IMG/VR virus record: IMGVR_UViG_3300032328_000072 | Location: 1-31,228 of that record | DNA length: 31,228 nt | Direction: 5' to 3' (one strand) | From: a virus | Taxonomy: Duplodnaviria; Caudoviricetes | Shown: piece after piece, positions 26,938 through 31,228 of the stretch | Numbering within the stretch: the stretch's first letter is position 1 | Layout: the number at the start of each line of letters is the position of its first letter | Translations under genes and position numbers: made by a program | Notes under the pieces: model-generated | Told to the model about the DNA's origin: nothing | The model's database searches: none | What the model saw: the letters and a program-made list of their open reading frames with translations, nothing else

Positions 26938-28008
26938 TTACCTCGTGTACACCGAAATGTTCGGGGCAAAGTAAATTGGCGACTTGTCACGTTCTTCCTG
27001 CTCCGCCTCATACAAATACTTCTCAGCCATCTTTTCAAGATACCCAACCCTATCCATCGGAACCAAGGGCAGTTCAAGGCTCATACGATGAGCCAGCATG
27101 AACACCACCGCCTCATACCAACGCTGAGGAATCTGCAATTCGTCAGTCAAAGCGCCTACGTCCATGATTTGGGTGGAATACCACACAGTCATCTGTACAA
27201 AAGCGTTGCTTGGGGTAGGCCAAAGATAAATTGTTGGGTTTGGAATAGTGCGGTCAAACCAAAACTGAAATGGCTGATTTGCTGTGAAATTCTTGTTTGG
27301 CAGGTTGGTGTAGTCGTCGCGGTTTAGGCGAGACATCATTACCTCGGTGCTGTTGTTGCCGATGTACCACTCGCGCAGGGCAAGAGTAGTGCCGCCAGAG
27401 GCAATGATGCGGTAGAAGGCGACCGATTGACCGGGGTCTATATCCGTCCACACCCATGTGTTGTCCGCGACCGCAATTGCGCCAAGGTTCTGCAACGTAG
27501 AGTACGTTACCCCATCAGTTGAGTATTGAAGCGAGATATTCCATGTTGCTGACCCACCACCAGCAATGTAGGGCAAGAAGCCAATAGAACCCGCATAGAT
27601 GGGGTTTGTCGTGCCGTAATTGACTGTAAAGTTGCCGTTCGCTGAGGTCTGTTGAGTGTAGGTGTCAATGTTGCCATCGTAGAGGTTTGCGACCACACCA
27701 CCAGCAGAAGAGGTGTATGCGCCCACAGGACGATTTAAAGTGCGATACAGCACGTTAAGCGTGTCTACAGCGCCATCAGGCAGGGTGTATTGGTATTTGT
27801 TGGGGGTCAGCCCCACAACCTCTTTGCTGATGCACCAATATTGGATGCCACGATTTATGAGGTTGGAGAGCAGGAACCCAAGCGATTGACGAGCGGAGAC
27901 AACTTGCTCAGAAGTCAACTCCTCAGCCAGTTTTCCGCACCGACGAGCGCCGTGGTCAATTAAGGTCTGTACATTGACCGTTTGTCCGTAGGTGTCAGAG
28001 TACGCCAT
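26938..28008 (-). CDS. Head-to-tail adaptor (P22 gp4-like) with inserted discoidin-like domain
   Basis: LIDHGARRCG...ARQSLGFLLSNLINRG N-terminal helices, IYLWPTP, and IPQRWYEAVVFMLAHRMS. Central LYDGN...LQYSTDG...FYRI segment. Confidence 0.7.
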   Translation of the reverse strand: MAYSDTYGQTVNVQTLIDHGARRCGKLAEELTSEQVVSARQSLGFLLSNLINRGIQYWCISKEVVGLTPNKYQYTLPDGAVDTLNVLYRTLNRPVGAYTSSAGGVVANLYDGNIDTYTQQTSANGNFTVNYGTTNPIYAGSIGFLPYIAGGGSATWNISLQYSTDGVTYSTLQNLGAIAVADNTWVWTDIDPGQSVAFYRIIASGGTTLALREWYIGNNSTEVMMSRLNRDDYTNLPNKNFTANQPFQFWFDRTIPNPTIYLWPTPSNAFVQMTVWYSTQIMDVGALTDELQIPQRWYEAVVFMLAHRMSLELPLVPMDRVGYLEKMAEKYLYEAEQEERDKSPIYFAPNISVYTR

Positions 28009-28017
28009 CTTTTATCC

Positions 28018-28434
28018 TTACCAGCCGGGGCAGTCCCACCGCTTCAGCGATGCCTTGGCGCGTGGTGCGTCCCCTTTTGAATGTTCCACAACCCCACTCA
28101 TGCGTGCGCAAAAAGAATCTTTTCGAGCGCCGCCCTTGGGCTGTGGAGCCTTTAAATTGCTACCAGTCTCACGGTTGTATTTTGCCCGACCCTTGGCTGT
28201 TAAGCCAGCGCCTTTTTCAGTGGACAACTTCTCGCCCCGACCAACCGCAAGCGACACACCGCCATCTTTTAATTTCTTCTCTGAAAAAAACTTATCAACC
28301 ATCTCAAGCCGTTGAGGTTTGGTTGTCACCTCATTGATAATTTTTATTCGCTCTGGCTTTTTTTTGCCAGCGTCATAAAAACCAGACTTTTTCAAAGATT
28401 TGGCTATTGATGCATTGGTTTTTTTCATAGTCAA
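28018..28434 (-). CDS. Basic phage protein (GLTAKGRAKYN...SFCARM...SLKRWDC type)
   Basis: Lys-rich, with a recognisable small phage domain in the C-terminal half. Start overlaps the upstream stop (ATGA). Confidence 0.7.
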   Translation of the reverse strand: MTMKKTNASIAKSLKKSGFYDAGKKKPERIKIINEVTTKPQRLEMVDKFFSEKKLKDGGVSLAVGRGEKLSTEKGAGLTAKGRAKYNRETGSNLKAPQPKGGARKDSFCARMSGVVEHSKGDAPRAKASLKRWDCPGW

Positions 28435-28667
28435 AACCTGTATTTGGCTGTTTTCTGTGCAATCTTTTTAGGTTGCGCTACGAATTGTTTTCCTGCGGCT
28501 TTGCCTGCTCTTTTTGCTTTGGTCGTCGAAGCATACTCAGCAGGGCTAAGGCTTTTGATTGCAGATTCTGGAAGGTATCTTTCACCAGTTTCAGAAGATT
28601 TTTTACCACTTTTCGTTCTCCATTTTTGGTCGCCCCAATCTTTTAGAGATTGCTGAGGGGCTTTCAT
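28431..28667 (-). CDS. Basic phage protein, C-terminal half of a DUF5872-like domain
   Basis: QQSLKDWGDQKWRTKSG...GERYLP...KQFVAQP; family name is from recall and unverified. Confidence 0.65.
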   Translation of the reverse strand: MKAPQQSLKDWGDQKWRTKSGKKSSETGERYLPESAIKSLSPAEYASTTKAKRAGKAAGKQFVAQPKKIAQKTAKYRF

Positions 28668-28795
28668 GCAAAATCTTCATCAGGTAAATCAGCATCTTCC
28701 AACGCCAATTCTTCAAGAACCTCTTCAGTTCCACAGGTACATGGGCCATCTTCTTGGACAGCGCAATCATCAGTATGTTTTACGTCTTTAATCAC
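28664..28795 (-). CDS. 43-aa acidic protein with HxxxC...CxC motif
   Basis: GTG at 28795 is preceded by GGAGGAGG. Translation (M)IKDVKHTDDCAVQEDGPCTCGTEEVLEELALEDADLPDEDFA; its stop overlaps the next start (ATGA). Confidence 0.65.
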   Translation of the reverse strand: MIKDVKHTDDCAVQEDGPCTCGTEEVLEELALEDADLPDEDFA

Positions 28796-29096
28796 GATAA
28801 CCTCCTCCAGCGTCTTTGTATCGTTTAGCCACAAGTTGTGCTTTTCTAGCGCTCCATTCTCCAGCGCCAGTACCATGCGTAGCCTCAGATTTAACCTGAG
28901 ACACAATGCGTTTTCTAAGTTCAGGTTTAGTGTAGTTGCCAGCGGCATTTACATTTCCACCCTCAGCCATTTTCTTTTTATCTGCCTTCACAAACTCTTT
29001 GCCAACCTTTTGAGGAATGCCAGTCTTCTTGGCAAAGTCAGGGTTGTGCGCAACCGCCGCCATCAATTTGTGTTGGGCTGGTGATTTGCTTGGCAT
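28788..29096 (-). CDS. Basic phage protein, with N-terminal half of a DUF5872-like domain
   Basis: MPSKSPAQHKLMAAVAHNPDFAKK module joined via KKMAEGG to NYTKPELRKRI...GEWSARKAQLVAKRYKDAGGGY. Confidence 0.7.
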   Translation of the reverse strand: MPSKSPAQHKLMAAVAHNPDFAKKTGIPQKVGKEFVKADKKKMAEGGNVNAAGNYTKPELRKRIVSQVKSEATHGTGAGEWSARKAQLVAKRYKDAGGGYRD

Positions 29097-29098
29097 GA

Positions 29099-29380
29099 TT
29101 AACCGCAGAAAATGGTAACTCCCGCACCAGCAGGCAATGTGACGTGAATGTTTGTGTTGAAGCGAATACCGTTGCCGGGAATCAGCGTGGCAATTACTGC
29201 CGTATTGGTTGTAATGTTTACGCGCAAACGCTCAGTGCCTGATGCGCCACCATCACGAAAAACAATTTCTCCAGCAACGCCACCAGAGGCTAATTGATAA
29301 CCAGCAAGGTTTGCCGCGCCAGCGTAAATTGTGCCAGTTGCGTCATTGTGTTCCGCGAACACATTGGTTAATGTACTCAT
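29099..29380 (-). CDS. Small beta-rich virion protein (93 aa)
   Basis: GGAG RBS; IPGNGIRFNTNIHVTL. Confidence 0.65.
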   Translation of the reverse strand: MSTLTNVFAEHNDATGTIYAGAANLAGYQLASGGVAGEIVFRDGGASGTERLRVNITTNTAVIATLIPGNGIRFNTNIHVTLPAGAGVTIFCG

Positions 29381-29390
29381 CTAATTCTCC

Positions 29391-29418
29391 AAAGAAAGTG
29401 GGAGCCGAAGCCCCCACT
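29391..29418 (-). terminator. Intrinsic terminator with cUUCGg tetraloop
   Basis: Minus strand AGTGGGGGC-TTCG-GCTCCCACT (9 bp with one G-U pair) followed by TTCTTT, just after the stop at 29424. Confidence 0.8.
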
Positions 29419-29423
29419 CGTTT

Positions 29424-30713
29424 TCAACAAGCGCGTCCGCCGCGTTTCTTTCCTGCTGGCGTAACCGTTACAGACTCTTTTGTCTTGGTCACACTCTCAG
29501 CCTTTGGCATGAAGTAGTTCTTGGCTTTACCAGCCAGTTCCTTAACCATGCTCAAAGGATTCATCGCATCTTCCAACTCACGACTTGCTTTGTCGCTTGC
29601 AGATTTTGGGTCTACTTTGTTTTTGTCAAAGAAACGCTCATCTGGAGTTGGAGAGCCACCATCTTTCATCTTTTGGTACTTGCTGTAGACCTCGTTGGAC
29701 TGAGCCTTAGCCTGCTTCATAGCAGTCTTGTTCTCAGCCCCAAACGCCTTCATCAATTTACCTTCAGCGGGGGTGACCTTGCCACCCTTTTTAAAAGTGC
29801 CAGACAATTGATTGATAGCTACAGGAGAGGAAGGCTTTTTAGCGCCTTGGGGCATCGCGACGGGTTTGCCTAAATTAACAGTTCCCCCCGCCGCGTAGGC
29901 TTTTTTTGAGGTTTTGCCCCCCATCTTGTAGCCACCAGCGTTACCTAAAGCAACGCCGCCAGTCTTGTAGCCCATCATGCCACCGCCCATCATGCCGCCT
30001 TTTTTCATCTTGCCCTTGTTATCAGCCGCAAAGGTAGGAACCATCTTCCCATCCTTTTCGACCATAGGCATACCGCCATCTTTGTAGCCACCAGCGTTAC
30101 CCATCTTGACGCCGCCTGTTTTGCCACTGGACTTGCCAGTGTATTCAGCGGTGTGCATCATGGTGTCGCGGTACTTGCCGCCTTGGTTTTCGGTGTTGAT
30201 GATGCCGTTACCAGCAACGCCACCCTTAGCCATCTTGACGTTGCCGCCTTTTTTGAAGCCACCAGCGTTGCCAAGAGCAACACCACCAGTCTTCAGACCT
30301 TTGTGACCTTTGCTGGCAGGCTTGGACTCGTGAGACTTCAGTTCTTTCTCAAGACCCTTCATCTTTGTCATCTCAGCCTTATGCGTCTTTTTGGACTCGC
30401 CACCTTCTTTCATAAGAGGCGTAGCCATTGGAGGAACAGACTTCATTGCAGGCTTCTTAGGCATCATTGCCTTACGACGTGAGGCCATCGAAGGCTTGCC
30501 GGGGGCGCGAACAGGCGCATTAACCGCAGGACGACCAACGAGGGCTGGAGTACCCATCATCATGTCCATAGCACCACCACCCATCGCCATCTTCTTGTGA
30601 CCAGCTTCCGCTTTGCCACCTTTTTTCATGTTGACGTGACCGCCTTTTTTGAGTTTTAACTCAACTGTAGGCTCAGTGGTCATCATTTTGACCATTGGTT
30701 TAAATTGACCCAT
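29424..30713 (-). CDS. Highly basic Lys/Gly/Met-rich repeat protein (putative head-internal protein), 429 aa
   Basis: AAGGAG RBS, more than a dozen xKxGG/xAxGG motifs, and three copies of KTGGVx(L/M)GNAGG(F/Y)K. Confidence 0.75.
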   Translation of the reverse strand: MGQFKPMVKMMTTEPTVELKLKKGGHVNMKKGGKAEAGHKKMAMGGGAMDMMMGTPALVGRPAVNAPVRAPGKPSMASRRKAMMPKKPAMKSVPPMATPLMKEGGESKKTHKAEMTKMKGLEKELKSHESKPASKGHKGLKTGGVALGNAGGFKKGGNVKMAKGGVAGNGIINTENQGGKYRDTMMHTAEYTGKSSGKTGGVKMGNAGGYKDGGMPMVEKDGKMVPTFAADNKGKMKKGGMMGGGMMGYKTGGVALGNAGGYKMGGKTSKKAYAAGGTVNLGKPVAMPQGAKKPSSPVAINQLSGTFKKGGKVTPAEGKLMKAFGAENKTAMKQAKAQSNEVYSKYQKMKDGGSPTPDERFFDKNKVDPKSASDKASRELEDAMNPLSMVKELAGKAKNYFMPKAESVTKTKESVTVTPAGKKRGGRAC

Positions 30714-30724
30714 GTCCGTCTCCT

Positions 30725-31228
30725 TTAGGCTTGTGTTACGCCGAGAGCGCCAACGCGAGTCGCGTTAGGCCCAACAGCGATGGCTGGCAACAAGATTCCT
30801 ACTACTGTGCGAACGATGCCGTTCGATGCAGTGGCAGGGAGGTAAGTACCGCGAACATCACCAGTAGTGGTCGTAGCAGTTGCAGTGTCAGCCGCTACAA
30901 AAATACCACCATCTTGCGCCAAAGCGTTATTACTCTTAACGCTTGCCACATAAGCAATGTTAGGAACACGAACTGGGCAACCCAACACGTTGGTTGTGCC
31001 AACAGTCAGAGCAGTACCAGTAGCGCCACTTACCGACACAGATGTGACAAGGTAAAAGGCTTTCAAACCACTAACAGCGGTGCTTACAGCGGCGCTTGAA
31101 GTGATTGCCTCGCTCATTGATTGACCGTAAACATCAAAGCCAGTCACAGTTACAGTCACAGGAGCCACACCCAAGGTGTAAGTCAAACCTGTTGGTGTGC
31201 CTGCGGTGGTCACAACTGCCGCGCCTGC
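30725..31228 (-). CDS. Partial (5'-truncated) virion structural protein, possibly capsid decoration
   Basis: Frame is open to the window end. Thr/Ala/Val-rich with VTGFDVYGQSMSE, GLKAF and TATTTTGDVRGTY. Confidence 0.65.
   Translation of the reverse strand, partial: AGAAVVTTAGTPTGLTYTLGVAPVTVTVTGFDVYGQSMSEAITSSAAVSTAVSGLKAFYLVTSVSVSGATGTALTVGTTNVLGCPVRVPNIAYVASVKSNNALAQDGGIFVAADTATATTTTGDVRGTYLPATASNGIVRTVVGILLPAIAVGPNATRVGALGVTQA

Larger units (their letters stand above)
1..31228. mobile_element. Tailed dsDNA bacteriophage genome segment (podovirus-like gene order)
   Basis: Dense, overlapping genes encoding an exonuclease, SSB-like protein, adaptor, tail fibres, holin/endolysin, nozzle and an SLT-bearing internal protein. 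No tape-measure, sheath or host housekeeping context. Free phage versus prophage cannot be decided from this window. Confidence 0.95.

Noticed and set aside
1700-31228. Numerous + strand and alternate-frame ORFs in the track (e.g. 4181..4624, 6441..7031, 8806..9225, 17927..18433, 3513..3920)
   Set aside because: They are shadows of longer minus-strand genes, often of low-complexity regions, and lack recognisable motifs.

Overview
This window is a 31 kb segment of a tailed dsDNA bacteriophage with podovirus-like gene order. It has no host genes, RNA genes or integration functions. The first 1.65 kb (+ strand) holds the end of a replication/recombination module: an SSB-like protein ending in DDDIPF, a small PD-(D/E)XK-like protein, a RecB/Cas4-like exonuclease and a small ORF. 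It converges at an intrinsic terminator with a roughly 29.5 kb minus-strand late operon. In transcription order that operon encodes head-associated small basic proteins, a P22 gp4-like adaptor, a long array of tail-fibre and chaperone genes, a lysis cassette (holin-like protein and M15 peptidase), tail tube/nozzle proteins, and internal virion (ejection) proteins ending with a lytic transglycosylase. The standout feature is an acyl carrier protein (GLDSLD) and a beta-ketoacyl-ACP synthase-like enzyme with an intact Cys-His-His triad. They are translationally coupled inside the virion morphogenesis operon, directly upstream of a candidate GNAT-like gene and a Met-Gly-Gly-starting amphipathic ejection protein. 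This suggests (inference) a phage-encoded lipidation system for virion proteins. A second notable pattern is a [M/L/F/Y]-[K/A/R]-x-G-G motif repeated across five otherwise unrelated head/internal proteins, often at domain junctions. All family assignments come from motif recognition and synteny; no database searches were run.
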